Positions 43,887 through 55,396 of a stretch of DNA of 64,000 bases are shown piece by piece (the stretch's first letter is position 1; every line of letters starts with the position of its first letter). Source of the stretch: Sulfurimonas sp. (GTDB taxonomy: Bacteria; Campylobacterota; Campylobacteria; Campylobacterales; Sulfurimonadaceae); the NCBI RefSeq assembly GCF_028694895.1, contig NZ_JAQVKA010000002.1, positions 2,963 through 66,962 on the forward strand, written 5' to 3'. The notes below the pieces were generated by a model. It worked only from the letters and a program-made list of their open reading frames with translations, did not search any database and was not told where the DNA came from. Position numbers and translations under genes: made by a program.

Positions 43887-44969
43887 ATGAGTCAAGAAAC
43901 AAACAAACCAATAGATATAAAAAAGTTACTTAAGAGTGTTTTGCATTTTGAATCTTCTGATTTACATCTAGTTCCTGGTAGTGAGCCACAGATTAGGATT
44001 GATAAATCTTTAAAACCACTTAATCTTCCTGTTTTAAACGCGAAAGAGATAGAAGAGATGGCTTATGCGCTTATAGTAGATAAGCAAAAAAAGATATTTG
44101 AAGATAAAAATGAACTTGACTTCTCATTTGAACTAGAAGAAGTTGGCCGTTTTCGTGCTAACTACTACCGTACTATTGCCGGAATTGCCTGCGCATTTCG
44201 TATGATTCCAATAGACGTACCTCCTCTTGAGAAATTTAACAATAACCCTATATTTAAAGAGCTTGTAAAAAAAGAAAAAGGGCTTATTTTAGTAACAGGA
44301 CCTACTGGTAGCGGTAAATCAACTACACTAGCTTCCATGCTTCATGAGATAAATTTAACTGCTAGCAAGCATATAATAACGATAGAAGACCCAGTTGAGT
44401 TTGTTCATACAAACATAAAATCTCTTTTTTCACAAAGAGAAGTAGGTTCAGACACTAGCTCATTTGCAACTGCTCTTAAATATGCTCTAAGACAAGACCC
44501 TGATGTTATCCTAGTTGGGGAGATGAGAGATAAAGAGACAATTTCTGCAGCTCTTACTGCGGCTGAGACTGGTCACATCGTTTTTGGAACACTTCATACA
44601 AACTCTGCGCCTTCGACAATAAACCGTATCATAGATGTTTTTGATGCAGGAGAGCAATCACAAGTTAGAGCACAACTTGCATCTTCGCTGATATCTGTTA
44701 TCTCTCAATCGCTTATGCCAAGAGTTGGCGGAGGAATTATCGCTACTCAAGAGGTTCTAATAGCAAATCCAGCTATTCAAAACCTAATCAGAGAAGATAA
44801 GGTTCATCAAATCTACTCTCAAATGCAGTTAAATCAAAATGAGACACATATGACTACACAAACAGATCAGCTAATCACTCTTTTGCGTAAAAAAGTTATC
44901 TCAAAAGAGACTGCAATAACAGCCTCAAATAGACCAGAAGAGATTATAAAAATTATAAATAACCTCTAA
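43887..44969 (+). CDS. pilT: type IV pilus retraction ATPase PilT family
   Basis: 360 aa. Walker A GPTGSGKSTT, Asp box, Walker B ILVGEMRD, and the GHIVFGTLHT His box. Confidence 0.8.
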   Translation: MSQETNKPIDIKKLLKSVLHFESSDLHLVPGSEPQIRIDKSLKPLNLPVLNAKEIEEMAYALIVDKQKKIFEDKNELDFSFELEEVGRFRANYYRTIAGIACAFRMIPIDVPPLEKFNNNPIFKELVKKEKGLILVTGPTGSGKSTTLASMLHEINLTASKHIITIEDPVEFVHTNIKSLFSQREVGSDTSSFATALKYALRQDPDVILVGEMRDKETISAALTAAETGHIVFGTLHTNSAPSTINRIIDVFDAGEQSQVRAQLASSLISVISQSLMPRVGGGIIATQEVLIANPAIQNLIREDKVHQIYSQMQLNQNETHMTTQTDQLITLLRKKVISKETAITASNRPEEIIKIINNL

Positions 44970-45003
44970 TTAACATTTTTGGCACTTTGTGCCAAAGTGT
45001 TAA
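44970..45003. terminator. bidirectional hairpin terminator between convergent genes
   Basis: TTAACAtTTTTGGCAC-ttt-GTGCCAAAgTGTTAA. Overlaps the stop codon of the minus-strand gene. Confidence 0.6.
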
Positions 45004-46007
45004 TTTTTTCTAAATCTTATCATCTTAAAACGCTCGCCTAAGAAGTTTGGCATTATTAAAATTTTAACTTTTTCTAGTTCTTGTTTGTATATCTTCTCAT
45101 CTACATTTTCTTTTAAAATTTCTAGTAGTTCTAATATTCCCATATTTACAAGTGCAACCATTTGAGCCTTTAGCTCTACAAATTCTACGCCTGCCTCTTT
45201 ATAAGCATCTTTTACATGCTCAAATGTCACATCATAAGTTATATCTGACTTAGCAAATAACTCATCTCTTTTTATATTTTCATCAAAAAAAGGAATCACT
45301 TCATGTTTTGAGTAAACTCTTATGGAGAAGTCTGGGCGCGCTTGCATCTCTCCATAGTCAAAACTCATAAATTCAAACTTATCACAACTGCTTGCCATGT
45401 CCAAAGCAAACTCTTCATATCCACGAGCTATCTCGCCCCTATCTTTATGATACTTTTTAGCTTTACTGCTAACCCACTCATCATCTATATCAAAGATTAT
45501 CTCGCCATTATCATCAACTCTTGCTATTTTGCCTTTAAAATAGAGCTCACACGCAAATGCGTCAAATATCTCATTTGCAACAAAAAAAGCATTTTTACAT
45601 TTTAGTTCTTGAAATGATTTATAGTGTGTAAGCTTTATAGCATCACCAAAGCTCTCTTTGAGATAATTTTTTTGAAACTCTTGCATAGCGTCAAATCGCT
45701 CTATTATCACAAACTCTAAACTCTTTAAGAGTTTTGGCCGGAGTGTATATATAAACTCAATAATATCTGCTAAAAAGTACCCATGATGTGCACCAATTTC
45801 ACAAATAACACTATCTTCTTTTAAAAACCCATCATCAACTAATGAGATGATATGTTTTGCAATTGTTCCACCAAAAAATTTACTCGAGCTAACAGATGTA
45901 TAAAAATCTCCCGCTTTACCAATACTTTTATATGTTGCATAGTAGCCATCATCAGAGTACAGCCACTCGCCCATATACTCACTAAATGTCATTTTTATAC
46001 ATCTCAT
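45000..46007 (-). CDS. SAM-dependent methyltransferase, MidA/DUF185 family
   Basis: 335 aa. N-terminal pattern GYYATYKSIGKAGDFYTSVSSSKFFG, typical of COG1565 proteins. Confidence 0.7.
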   Translation of the reverse strand: MRCIKMTFSEYMGEWLYSDDGYYATYKSIGKAGDFYTSVSSSKFFGGTIAKHIISLVDDGFLKEDSVICEIGAHHGYFLADIIEFIYTLRPKLLKSLEFVIIERFDAMQEFQKNYLKESFGDAIKLTHYKSFQELKCKNAFFVANEIFDAFACELYFKGKIARVDDNGEIIFDIDDEWVSSKAKKYHKDRGEIARGYEEFALDMASSCDKFEFMSFDYGEMQARPDFSIRVYSKHEVIPFFDENIKRDELFAKSDITYDVTFEHVKDAYKEAGVEFVELKAQMVALVNMGILELLEILKENVDEKIYKQELEKVKILIMPNFLGERFKMIRFRKN

Positions 46008-47208
46008 AAAGTGTTAAAAGTTCAAGTTGTCTATCAAGTTCATAAATATCTATATCGTTTTTTTGAACTTCAAGAGAGTTTCTAAGAAGCTCTACATCGT
46101 ACTTGGTTTTATAGCCAGCCTCATAAAGTTCTTGTGTCTCTGCTAAAAGTTCTCCATAAAGTTCCGTATTTTCAACACTCAAGATTCTTTTTCTCTCTAA
46201 ACTTTCTAAGTTTTGCATTACTTGCTCAAACAACGCGTTTATCTCTTTTTTCTTATCTAACTCTTCTATCTTTGATTCAAGATACTCAACTTTTGCACTC
46301 TGGATATCATCAAAAGTGCTTATGTTAAGAGGTATAGAAGCTTTGAGACCATAACTTACATAATCTGTTGCTCTAGAACCAGAAACGCTTCCTGCTTGAA
46401 ATGCAAAGTTTTCAGTTCTATCCCAGTTATATCCACCATAGATACTGACTTTTGGAAGATACTTTGAGATAGTCGTACTTTTAAAGTATCTATTTTTTTC
46501 ACTCAAACTTTGTGATTGTTTAAAAGAGAGGTTATTTGCCATAAACTCATCTTTTTGTATAATCTCTAAATGAGGTAAGATAGCGCTACCATGATCCAAA
46601 TCGCTAATAACGCGAAACTTTGATATAAGTCTCTCTTTATTTGTTTCTACATCATAAAGAGCTTGAATAACCACGTTTTTATCTATGATTGCGCTGTTTA
46701 AAAAACCAGAATCAAGTTGGCCATTTAAATAACTCTCTTTTTTTTGCGCCAAGTTTATTTCTGCATTTTCTATAAGTAGTTTTTGCTTCTGGATTCTCAT
46801 CTCACTCTGTTTTATCTGTATCAAAAGAGAGAGCGCATCTTTTATAATTTTTCTCTTTGCAACATCAACTGAATATTGTGAGTACAGCCTTGTCGCCTCA
46901 GCATACTTAATCCCAAAGTAGATGCCTCCACTTTGAAAAATCGGCTGATCGATAGTAATGGAGGTTTTTTTCGTAATTGATTCAGTATCATACGCCTCAC
47001 TAACTCCATAAGAGTAGTTAAGCATAACAGGAGATATCCAAGAGTCGCGTAAAACGTTACTGCTTGCGTCTACCTTATCTGATTCTAATTTATAAAACTC
47101 TTTTTTATTCCCCGATATATACTCTTCTAAAGAGTCTTGTTTATCTTGAGCACATAAGTAGTTACTATAAAGAGCTAATAGCGCGATTGAGAGACTTAAA
47201 GCCTTCAT
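45982..47208 (-). CDS. TolC family outer membrane efflux protein
   Basis: 408 aa with a signal peptide. Two-fold repeated OEP-type helical/beta pattern. The start overlaps the argD end by 44 nt. Confidence 0.7.
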   Translation of the reverse strand: MKALSLSIALLALYSNYLCAQDKQDSLEEYISGNKKEFYKLESDKVDASSNVLRDSWISPVMLNYSYGVSEAYDTESITKKTSITIDQPIFQSGGIYFGIKYAEATRLYSQYSVDVAKRKIIKDALSLLIQIKQSEMRIQKQKLLIENAEINLAQKKESYLNGQLDSGFLNSAIIDKNVVIQALYDVETNKERLISKFRVISDLDHGSAILPHLEIIQKDEFMANNLSFKQSQSLSEKNRYFKSTTISKYLPKVSIYGGYNWDRTENFAFQAGSVSGSRATDYVSYGLKASIPLNISTFDDIQSAKVEYLESKIEELDKKKEINALFEQVMQNLESLERKRILSVENTELYGELLAETQELYEAGYKTKYDVELLRNSLEVQKNDIDIYELDRQLELLTLYEMYKNDI

Positions 47209-48349
47209 CCATTTCCTCTTTTGTTATTGTTAAAGCTGGTAGTAGTCTTAGTGTATCTCGTCCAGCCTTTAGAACTATAACACCCTCTTCTCTTGCATTT
47301 GAGATAATTTTAGTTAAAGTATCACCATCTTTGACACGCAGACCACACATCATTCCAATACCTACTTTTGATGTAAAAATGCCTTTGTTTGCGTTATAAA
47401 ATTTTTCTAATTCACTATCAAAATAATCTATACCTCTTTGTAGCTCTTTACTCTCATACATCTCATTTAAAATATCTACAACTTCACATGCAGCAGTTGT
47501 GCTCAAATAGTTACCGCCAAATGTAGAGCCATGATCTCCTGCGCTAAAGACATCTTTTAGTGTTGTCATAACAACGCCTATTGGAACACCTCCGCCTAAA
47601 CCTTTTGCAAGTGTTACAACATCTGGCTCAATGTCATAATAGTTTGATGCTAAAAACTTCCCTGTTCTATAAACTCCAGTTTGAACCTCGTCAATTATAA
47701 GCAGAACATTTTTCTCTTTTAAAAATTTTGCTAGTTTTTGAACTGAGTCTCTCTCTAGAGGCTGAACCCCGCCCTCTCCTTGAACAAGTTCTATCATAAC
47801 AGCGCATGTGTGATCATCAACTAAACTTGCAACATGGTCTATGTTATCCGCATATACAAAACCATCAGGATATGGCCCAAAATAGTTATGCATCTTCTCT
47901 TGCCCAGTTGCTTTTACAGTAGTAATAGTTCTTCCGTGAAAAGAGTGTTGAAGTGTTATAACTTTGTAGCGCTTTAGCTCTCCATCTTTTTCACCAAACT
48001 TTCTTGCTATCTTTATAGCACCCTCATTTGCCTCTGCTCCGCTGTTTCCAAAGAAGCACATCATGTCATAGCCGCTCGCTTCAACAATCTTTTGAGCCGC
48101 AAGTGCTTGTGGTGCTATGTAGTATAGGTTTGAAGTGTGTGTTATCTTTGATATCTGTTTAGTGATAGCATCATTTACTCTTTTGTTTGCATGTCCTACA
48201 CTACAAACTGCGATACCTGAAGCAAAATCTATATATTTTTTTCCATTGGCATCGGTAAGTCTTGCGTTATCGCCACTTACAAACTCAACATCTGCTCTTG
48301 CATAAGTTGGTAAAACATATTTTTTATCTAATTCTTTTATACTATTCAT
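47165..48349 (-). CDS. argD: acetylornithine/aspartate aminotransferase family (class III PLP) enzyme
   Basis: 394 aa. DEVQTG and TLAKGLGGG (PLP lysine) motifs. Confidence 0.8.
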   Translation of the reverse strand: MNSIKELDKKYVLPTYARADVEFVSGDNARLTDANGKKYIDFASGIAVCSVGHANKRVNDAITKQISKITHTSNLYYIAPQALAAQKIVEASGYDMMCFFGNSGAEANEGAIKIARKFGEKDGELKRYKVITLQHSFHGRTITTVKATGQEKMHNYFGPYPDGFVYADNIDHVASLVDDHTCAVMIELVQGEGGVQPLERDSVQKLAKFLKEKNVLLIIDEVQTGVYRTGKFLASNYYDIEPDVVTLAKGLGGGVPIGVVMTTLKDVFSAGDHGSTFGGNYLSTTAACEVVDILNEMYESKELQRGIDYFDSELEKFYNANKGIFTSKVGIGMMCGLRVKDGDTLTKIISNAREEGVIVLKAGRDTLRLLPALTITKEEMDEGFKSLNRAISSL

Positions 48350-50079
48350 CTTTTGATTTCTACCTTATTTTCTTGAAATATTGCGCTTTTTGTACTTAAT
48401 GCGTGCTTTGAAGATGTTAGGTTATTTACACCTTTTGTGCCGCTATAAATCAAAACACAATCCGCTCTTAAATCATCATTATGCTTCACTGGTAACTCAA
48501 CACTTCCATTAATTGAACTAACAGTGACAATCTCGCCCTCACTGAAGCCTAAAGAGCTATGTAGATATACAGACTCTTCGCGATTAAACTGAGTGTTTAA
48601 ACTATTTTGGCTCTTAGACGTTATAAGATGCATGCCATCTTTTTCGCCTATCTTTGAGTTAAACTCATCAGGAAAGATAAACTCTTTATCTTCTGTATCA
48701 AAACCATCCTTATATGGTATCTCTTCTCTTTTATCTACATAAGAGAGTCCATCCATTTTCTTGATAGCAAAACTTTTAAAATACTTCAGATAAAACTCTT
48801 CACTCTCTATAGGCAGAGCATACTCTTTACATAGATATGCAGTGAGTTCATACTCACTTATACCTATATCACAAGAAACAACTTTTGACATTATAGAGAT
48901 TCTATTATGTGAATATGATGTTCTTACATCATCTTTGTATAAAAAGCTCTTCGCTGGAATAACCAAGTCTGCAATTTCGCTCGTCTCATTCTCATAAAGC
49001 CCAAAATAGACAACGTTCTCTACTTTACTAATTGACTCTCTAACTCTTATTGAATCGGGCATTTGAGAGAGTGGATTTGAGCCTTGAATAAAAACTGTCT
49101 TAAAGAGACTAAAGTCAGTGTTTACCTTTGAGACCTTTTTTGCATCTTTTTTAAATGGAGATGCAATGCCTTCTCTTGAAGAACCAAGATAACTAACTCC
49201 GCATCCCTCTTTGCCAAAAAGTCCAAGCATAGTTGCAAAAGCATCAATTGCTCGCATTACATCTACACCATCACTATATTTTTGAATTCCAACACCACAC
49301 ACTATAGCTACTCTCTTGCCCTTTACCTGCCTCAGTAAATCACCCAACTCTCCAAGTGAAACATCAATTTGTTCCAGCGTAGCTTTTATTCTTAGATTTT
49401 GAGTTAGTTCGTAATACTCTTCATAACCACTCGCATACTTATCTAAAAACTCCTCATCGCAACCATTTTCTATGTGTAAAAAACGACTAAGTAACATCGC
49501 CAAGAAGAGATCAGTATGTGGCTTTAGTTGAATATGTAAATCTGCAGCTTTAGCTATTTTAGTCTTTATAGGGTCTATGACAATTATAGTTTTACCTTTT
49601 ATAAGCGGTAAAATATGACTAGAAGTTACATGTGGATTTCTACCCCAAAAAATGACTACCTCAGATTTAGCCACTTCATGAATAGGCATATTTTTATTAC
49701 TGCCTCTACCTTGAATAATTCCTTCTTCGCCAGCTCCATCACATAAATTTCCATCAGTTAAAGTCGCTCCATAAGAGGAGAAAAAATGATCACCAACCTC
49801 TTGCATAAGAGCAAAATTACCAGTCCCTCTATAATAAAGAATCTCATCATTTTTAGAGGAGTTTATCATCTCTTTCAACTTTAAAAGTGCTTGATCAATG
49901 GTTATCTCAGAGCCCTTGTATCTTGGGACGTGTATAGTTTCGTGCTTTTCATAATGGTTTAAATGTTGACACAAAAAACCATTCGTATGCCCTTCTTTTA
50001 AGCCTTTTATAGTTCCTTGTTCAAAGAGTATCTCGCATGCATCATAACAATCTAGCGGACATGCCGTAATATTACTCAT
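48346..50079 (-). CDS. molybdopterin-dependent oxidoreductase (cytoplasmic, no Tat signal)
   Basis: 577 aa. N-terminal Cys cluster CPLDCYDAC...C and the bis-MGD family domain order. Substrate unknown. Confidence 0.65.
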   Translation of the reverse strand: MSNITACPLDCYDACEILFEQGTIKGLKEGHTNGFLCQHLNHYEKHETIHVPRYKGSEITIDQALLKLKEMINSSKNDEILYYRGTGNFALMQEVGDHFFSSYGATLTDGNLCDGAGEEGIIQGRGSNKNMPIHEVAKSEVVIFWGRNPHVTSSHILPLIKGKTIIVIDPIKTKIAKAADLHIQLKPHTDLFLAMLLSRFLHIENGCDEEFLDKYASGYEEYYELTQNLRIKATLEQIDVSLGELGDLLRQVKGKRVAIVCGVGIQKYSDGVDVMRAIDAFATMLGLFGKEGCGVSYLGSSREGIASPFKKDAKKVSKVNTDFSLFKTVFIQGSNPLSQMPDSIRVRESISKVENVVYFGLYENETSEIADLVIPAKSFLYKDDVRTSYSHNRISIMSKVVSCDIGISEYELTAYLCKEYALPIESEEFYLKYFKSFAIKKMDGLSYVDKREEIPYKDGFDTEDKEFIFPDEFNSKIGEKDGMHLITSKSQNSLNTQFNREESVYLHSSLGFSEGEIVTVSSINGSVELPVKHNDDLRADCVLIYSGTKGVNNLTSSKHALSTKSAIFQENKVEIKR

Positions 50080-50869
50080 CCTTTAACTCAAGTTTTACTA
50101 ATTTTGAAAACAGCTCTGGAGAGTCTATAATCACTTGAGCCATATACTTAGAGATATTTTTACTATCAGCAATATTTAAAAGTCTTGAAATTTTGTTACT
50201 ACTTTTTTGGCCATCTATATAGATAACTTTTTTTTGTGCATTTATTGCGTCTGATTCATCAAGATAGATAGTTAATTTAGCCTTTGAGACATCTGCAACT
50301 TTTGCCAAAGGCGTTGAAATTCCTACAACTTGACCACTCTTTACAAGCATCTCATACAAAACAAAATCTTTAGCAACAAGGTTTTTATCTGAAATAGTTC
50401 TTTGTAGTTGTGCATCTCTTAATTTCAAGTCTGAAGCCTGAATTTTTAAGTTTTGAATCTCTTTTTTTGTATTTAGATATAGATTTTCACTTGAGATCAA
50501 GTCATAAAATTCTCTATCTTTTTCCACAGAAGATTTAAATTTAAGTGGTTCTATCTTTTTATAATTTTCTCTCTTTTTAGCAAGTGATTCATTGAGATTA
50601 ATCAGTTCTGCTTCATTTATTTTAATGATATTTTCTATATATTTTAATTTTTCGCGTACAGCTATTTGCTCTTTTTCATCAAGCTCAGAATCTATCTCTA
50701 TATATGGCTTTTGTGATAGTTTCTTACCTACAAGACTCTCATCTGCGCTAATAACTAATCCGGAGACATTAGAGGAGATATCTCTTATTTCATATGGCTC
50801 AACTTTTGCATAATAAACTTTTGCGTCTAAATAAGCAAGCAAAAATAATAGTGCTATTAAAAATCTCAT
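50072..50869 (-). CDS. secreted coiled-coil protein, HlyD-like periplasmic adaptor candidate
   Basis: 265 aa with a signal peptide, a central coiled coil and flanking beta-rich segments (barrel-sandwich-like). Confidence 0.35.
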   Translation of the reverse strand: MRFLIALLFLLAYLDAKVYYAKVEPYEIRDISSNVSGLVISADESLVGKKLSQKPYIEIDSELDEKEQIAVREKLKYIENIIKINEAELINLNESLAKKRENYKKIEPLKFKSSVEKDREFYDLISSENLYLNTKKEIQNLKIQASDLKLRDAQLQRTISDKNLVAKDFVLYEMLVKSGQVVGISTPLAKVADVSKAKLTIYLDESDAINAQKKVIYIDGQKSSNKISRLLNIADSKNISKYMAQVIIDSPELFSKLVKLELKDE

Positions 50870-50993
50870 AAACTGAACCTTTAGTTGTATCTTCCCTAGA
50901 TAATGGGAGATATTTTACCATTTCATTATTAATATTCAAGCATAATTCATCATATTTTTGGTACTATCTTACAATATAACTCAAGGGAGAGAT

Positions 50994-51944
50994 ATGTCTG
51001 TTTTAGATAATGTTGATGCAGCTACCAATCTAGCAAAAAACAATGAAGTCCAACTTTTAGTATTTAGAGTTAGTGATAAATTAGACTCTGCATATTATGC
51101 AATCAACGTATTTAAAACACGTGAGGTAGTAGAGTCAAAAAATCACTATATAACTCAGCTCCCTTCATCACATTGGCTTTTAGAGGGCACTATAGTTCTT
51201 CGTGGCCTTCAAATCCCAATACTAAATCTTCCTCTATGGCTAGGTGTAACGCTAAGTAAAGAAGATATAAAAAAATCAAACATATTAGTCTGTGATTTTA
51301 ATGGAGTCGTTATTGGGCTTAGAATTATGTCTGCATTTAGAGTTGTAAAAAAGAATTGGAATGAAATGCACGCACCAGATAGTTATAGAATTGGCAGTGA
51401 TAATGTAGTTATTAATGATACTAGACTTGAAGATGGTAGCTTGTGCCTTGTTTTAGATTATGAAAAACTTTTAGCAGATGTAATTCCACAAGCAATGGTT
51501 GATGTAACTGAATCTCCTGTAAACCTATTGAGTCTAACTATTCCTAATAAACTAAAAAATGGAACTGTCTTAATCGCAGAAGACTCTAAAACAGCACAAA
51601 AACATCTAAGACAGATTTTTGAAAATGCAAACCTCTCTATGAAGCTTTTTGATAATGGAAAACTTCTAGTAGAGTATGTAAATTCGCTTGGAGAAGAGAT
51701 AGCAAACATTCCAGCTATCATTACAGATATAGAGATGCCAGAGATGTCTGGTTTTACGGTTGTTAAACTCTTAAAGAGCAATCCATTAACAAAAAATATA
51801 CCAATAATTGTAAATAGTTCAATGACTGGACAAAATAATAAAAGAGAGGCAGAAGTTTTAGGAGCCAATGGCTTTGTAGATAAAACAAAGAGCCAAAATA
51901 TAATTCCACTTATTGTAGAAATCATGGTGCAAGAGCAGATATAA
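50994..51944 (+). CDS. cheV: chemotaxis protein CheV (CheW-like plus receiver domain)
   Basis: CheW-like N-terminal domain and a C-terminal receiver (IITDIEMPEMSG). I chose the start at ATG 50994, which has a GGGAGAG ribosome-binding site. Confidence 0.85.
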   Translation: MSVLDNVDAATNLAKNNEVQLLVFRVSDKLDSAYYAINVFKTREVVESKNHYITQLPSSHWLLEGTIVLRGLQIPILNLPLWLGVTLSKEDIKKSNILVCDFNGVVIGLRIMSAFRVVKKNWNEMHAPDSYRIGSDNVVINDTRLEDGSLCLVLDYEKLLADVIPQAMVDVTESPVNLLSLTIPNKLKNGTVLIAEDSKTAQKHLRQIFENANLSMKLFDNGKLLVEYVNSLGEEIANIPAIITDIEMPEMSGFTVVKLLKSNPLTKNIPIIVNSSMTGQNNKREAEVLGANGFVDKTKSQNIIPLIVEIMVQEQI

Positions 51945-51988
51945 AAAAACTTATACTCCTTTAAAGAAGGAGTATATTTATAGTTTAA

Positions 51989-53320
51989 TTATTTAAAGAT
52001 AGATATAAGAACACCAGCTGCTACAGCTGAACCAATAACACCCGCAACATTTGGGCCCATTGCATGCATCAGAAGCATATTTGTTCTATCATACTCCATA
52101 CCAACTTTATTTGATACACGAGCAGCCATAGGAACAGCGGAAACACCAGCTGAACCAATTAGCGGATTAACCTTGCTTCCAGGGAAGAGATTCATAATCT
52201 TAGCCATAATTACACCCGCTGCTGTTCCAGCAGAAAATGCAACGATTCCAAGAGCCAAAATAGCTAATGTATCTGCAACTAAGAACTGATCAGATGCTAG
52301 TTTTGAACCAACAGCAAGCCCTAAAAATATAGTTACTATATTGATAAGAGCATTTTGCATAGTATCTGAGAGTCTATCAACAACACCACTCTCTTTTAAG
52401 AAGTTACCAAACATAAATGCACCAATTAGAGGCGTTGAATCTGGAAGAACTAAAATAGCAAGAACAAGTACCATAATAGGAAAAACAAGCTTCTCTAAGC
52501 GAGATACGTGTCTCATTGTACTCATTCTAATTCGTCTCTCAGCGTCAGTTGTAAGCGCTTTCATAATTGGAGGCTGTATTATAGGAACCATAGCCATATA
52601 TGAATAAGATGCAACTGCGATTGCTCCTAAGAGTTCAGGAGCTAACTGTGTGGCTATAAATATAGAAGTTGGACCATCTGCACCACCAATTATAGAGATT
52701 GCTGAAGCTTGTTGAAGTGTGAAATCAAAAAATGGTGTGTACTCTGCTAGAGCAACAGCGCCAACAAGTGTTCCAAAGATTCCAAACTGAGCAGCACCGC
52801 CGAGGAATGCTGTTTTTGGGTTTGATAGCAGTGGACCAAAGTCAGTCATAGCTCCAACACCCATAAATATCAGAATTGGAAAGAGCTGATTTGCTAATCC
52901 CATATGATAAATTATGCCCAAGAAACCATCTGGTCCAGCCATATTTGCTACTGGAATATTTGCCAAAAGTCCACCAAAGCCTATAGGAAGAAGCAGTAAT
53001 GGCTCAAAACCTTTTACGATAGCTAGGTAGAAGAGAAGAAATGTAATTAAGATCATAATTACTCTACCCCAACCTTTATGAAAGTCACTCATAGCTTCGC
53101 CATGTGCATTCATTTCATTTGGATTTGGGTTTACAAGAGCATTAATACCAGTTGACGTTAAAAATCCACCAATCATATCACTAAAAGGTTGTGTTTTATA
53201 AGTCTCTTCTTTATGCGTAGAAGCCTTTTGTGGAGCTTCAACTGGAGCTGCATCATCTGCATAAACAGTTGCACTAAGAAGCATTAAAAATGTAAGTAGT
53301 TTTATTATCATAAATCTCAT
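51989..53320 (-). CDS. oadB: sodium ion-translocating decarboxylase beta subunit
   Basis: 443 aa polytopic membrane protein with the OadB-family pattern (GGADGPT, NLFPGS...[14 protein letters not shown]). Confidence 0.85.
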   Translation of the reverse strand: MRFMIIKLLTFLMLLSATVYADDAAPVEAPQKASTHKEETYKTQPFSDMIGGFLTSTGINALVNPNPNEMNAHGEAMSDFHKGWGRVIMILITFLLFYLAIVKGFEPLLLLPIGFGGLLANIPVANMAGPDGFLGIIYHMGLANQLFPILIFMGVGAMTDFGPLLSNPKTAFLGGAAQFGIFGTLVGAVALAEYTPFFDFTLQQASAISIIGGADGPTSIFIATQLAPELLGAIAVASYSYMAMVPIIQPPIMKALTTDAERRIRMSTMRHVSRLEKLVFPIMVLVLAILVLPDSTPLIGAFMFGNFLKESGVVDRLSDTMQNALINIVTIFLGLAVGSKLASDQFLVADTLAILALGIVAFSAGTAAGVIMAKIMNLFPGSKVNPLIGSAGVSAVPMAARVSNKVGMEYDRTNMLLMHAMGPNVAGVIGSAVAAGVLISIFK

Positions 53321-53324
53321 ACTA

Positions 53325-55142
53325 CTAACCTAATACTGCTACGACTTGACCTTCAACTACTTTATCATTTGTAGCAACATTAATAGATTTAATCACACCG
53401 CCTTTTGGTGCTACTATATCTATCTCCATTTTCATAGATTCTAAAATTAAAATCACATCACCTTCGTTTACACTTTGGCCTGGATTAGCAACTATTTTCC
53501 AAACACTACCTGGAAGGAGCGCTTTGATATCTAACTGAGTACCTGAAGTTGTTATAGCTTTTGGCTTTATAGGAGCTGACTCAACAACTTCGCCATTAAC
53601 TTCTGTTACTAAAATATTAACATCGCCCTCAGCGACCTGAACACTAAACTTTTGGCCATCTACTACTACAGTGTAATTTCCACTTCCCATACTCGAACTC
53701 CCGTGTGATTTATTTTCTTCTTCTTTTTTCATCGTTGATATTTTACGAACGTTTAACTCGCCTTTTCCTTGTAAAAATGCGATACCTTTGTCATGACAAG
53801 CAGCTGCAATAAAAATATTTTCTTCTGTAATTTCAATATTTTCTTCTTTTAGTCTGTTTATCCAAGTAGCCAAAGATTTACTCTCATCAGCATTTGCTAA
53901 ATCAAGTGCTTTTTCTGTTGTTGGAGGAAGGCCTAGTTTTTCAGATGCAATCCTTACTATTTCAGGATCAGGTGCAACTGGAGTTTTTCCAAAATAACCA
54001 AGAACCATTTTTCCATAACCTGGAGCTATTGCATTCCATGGACCTTGCATTACATTGTTAAGTGCTTGTTGAAAATAAAATTGTGATACTGGAGTAACTG
54101 ATGTTCCATATCCACCTTTTTCTACAACTTCAGTCATAGCAGCAATCACATCTGGAAATTTATCCATAAGACCATTATCACGCATCATTTGAGTATTTGC
54201 TGTAAGCGCACCACCTGGCATTGGTGAGAATGGAATTATAGGAGAAACCATAGTAGCTTCTGGTGGCATAAAGTAGTCAGATAAACAGTTTTGAAGCTCT
54301 TTTTCATAAGATAAAACTTTACTAATTTCTAATCCACCAAGATCATAGTTCATACCTTTTGTAGCATGAAGCATTGTAAGTATATCTGGCTGACTTGTTC
54401 CACCACTAACAGGCGAAGCCGCCATATCTATACCATCAACACCAGCTTCAAGTGCAGCCATATAAGCAGCAACAGAAACACCAGCTGTTTCATGAGTATG
54501 AAGTCTTAAGTGTGTTCCCTCAGGGATAAGTTGTCTTGCCATTTGTATAGTTTCAAATACTTTTTGTGGGTTAGATGTTCCAGAAGCATCTTTAAAACAG
54601 ATACTACTATAAGGGATTCCGCTATCTAAGATTTCGCGAAGTGTTTTTTCATAAAACTCAACAGTGTGTGCACCAAAACATCCTGGAGGAAGATCCATCA
54701 TAGTTACAACTATTTCATGCTTTAGTCCGTGATGAGTTATTCTCTCACCTGAGTATTTTAGGTTTTCTACATCATTAAGTGCATCAAAGTTTCTAATTGT
54801 TGTAGCGCCATGTTTTTTGAACATTTTTGCATGTAGGTCGATTAACTCTTTTGAGCCAGTATCTAACATAACTGTATTTACGCCACGAGCTAATGTTTGA
54901 AGATTTGCTTCTGGGCCTACAATTTTACGAAACCTGTCCATCATTTCAAAAGCATCTTCTCTTAAGTAAAAGTAGAGTGATTGAAATCTAGCCCCACCTG
55001 CAAATTCAAAGTGGGTTATTCCAGCTGTTTTCGCTGCTTCTACAGCTGGAAAAAAGTCATCCATTAATACGCGACCACCAAAGACAGATTGAAAGCCATC
55101 CCTAAATGTCGTATCCATTACATCTATAAATTTCTTAGCCAT
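53325..55142 (-). CDS. oadA: oxaloacetate decarboxylase alpha subunit / pyruvate carboxylase subunit B (biotinylated)
   Basis: 605 aa. Carboxyltransferase TIM barrel ([10 protein letters not shown]) and a C-terminal biotinyl-lysine motif ESMKME. Confidence 0.85.
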   Translation of the reverse strand: MAKKFIDVMDTTFRDGFQSVFGGRVLMDDFFPAVEAAKTAGITHFEFAGGARFQSLYFYLREDAFEMMDRFRKIVGPEANLQTLARGVNTVMLDTGSKELIDLHAKMFKKHGATTIRNFDALNDVENLKYSGERITHHGLKHEIVVTMMDLPPGCFGAHTVEFYEKTLREILDSGIPYSSICFKDASGTSNPQKVFETIQMARQLIPEGTHLRLHTHETAGVSVAAYMAALEAGVDGIDMAASPVSGGTSQPDILTMLHATKGMNYDLGGLEISKVLSYEKELQNCLSDYFMPPEATMVSPIIPFSPMPGGALTANTQMMRDNGLMDKFPDVIAAMTEVVEKGGYGTSVTPVSQFYFQQALNNVMQGPWNAIAPGYGKMVLGYFGKTPVAPDPEIVRIASEKLGLPPTTEKALDLANADESKSLATWINRLKEENIEITEENIFIAAACHDKGIAFLQGKGELNVRKISTMKKEEENKSHGSSSMGSGNYTVVVDGQKFSVQVAEGDVNILVTEVNGEVVESAPIKPKAITTSGTQLDIKALLPGSVWKIVANPGQSVNEGDVILILESMKMEIDIVAPKGGVIKSINVATNDKVVEGQVVAVLG

Positions 55143-55150
55143 TGTATTCC

Positions 55151-55396
55151 TTAACTTTCTCTATGATGTTTAATTGCAGCCGTTATGGCCGCAACTACTT
55201 TTTGTTCTTGTTCTTGATTGTTACTTTGAACACTTTTAGATGAAGAGCCTAGATTTGGCTTAACTTCAGGGAAAAATTTATGAACCGTCTTTGACATAAC
55301 ACCCATAAAAAATATCAAAACTGCAAGAAATAAAAATACAGCGCCCATTCCAATGCCCATAAATTTAACGCCTTCAAATACAAGGTTAGTTTCCAT
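55151..55396 (-). CDS. oadG: oxaloacetate decarboxylase gamma subunit
   Basis: Small single-TM protein immediately upstream of oadA. I chose the start at the internal Met (METNLVFEG...). Confidence 0.55.
   Translation of the reverse strand: METNLVFEGVKFMGIGMGAVFLFLAVLIFFMGVMSKTVHKFFPEVKPNLGSSSKSVQSNNQEQEQKVVAAITAAIKHHRES

Noticed and set aside
43887-44969. A lone pilT gene as evidence for a novel or cryptic pilus system in this window.
   Set aside because: It is a single, well-conserved PilT-family ATPase with no pilB, pilC, pilin or secretin genes nearby. Its partners may be elsewhere in the genome, and nothing here goes beyond the ATPase call.
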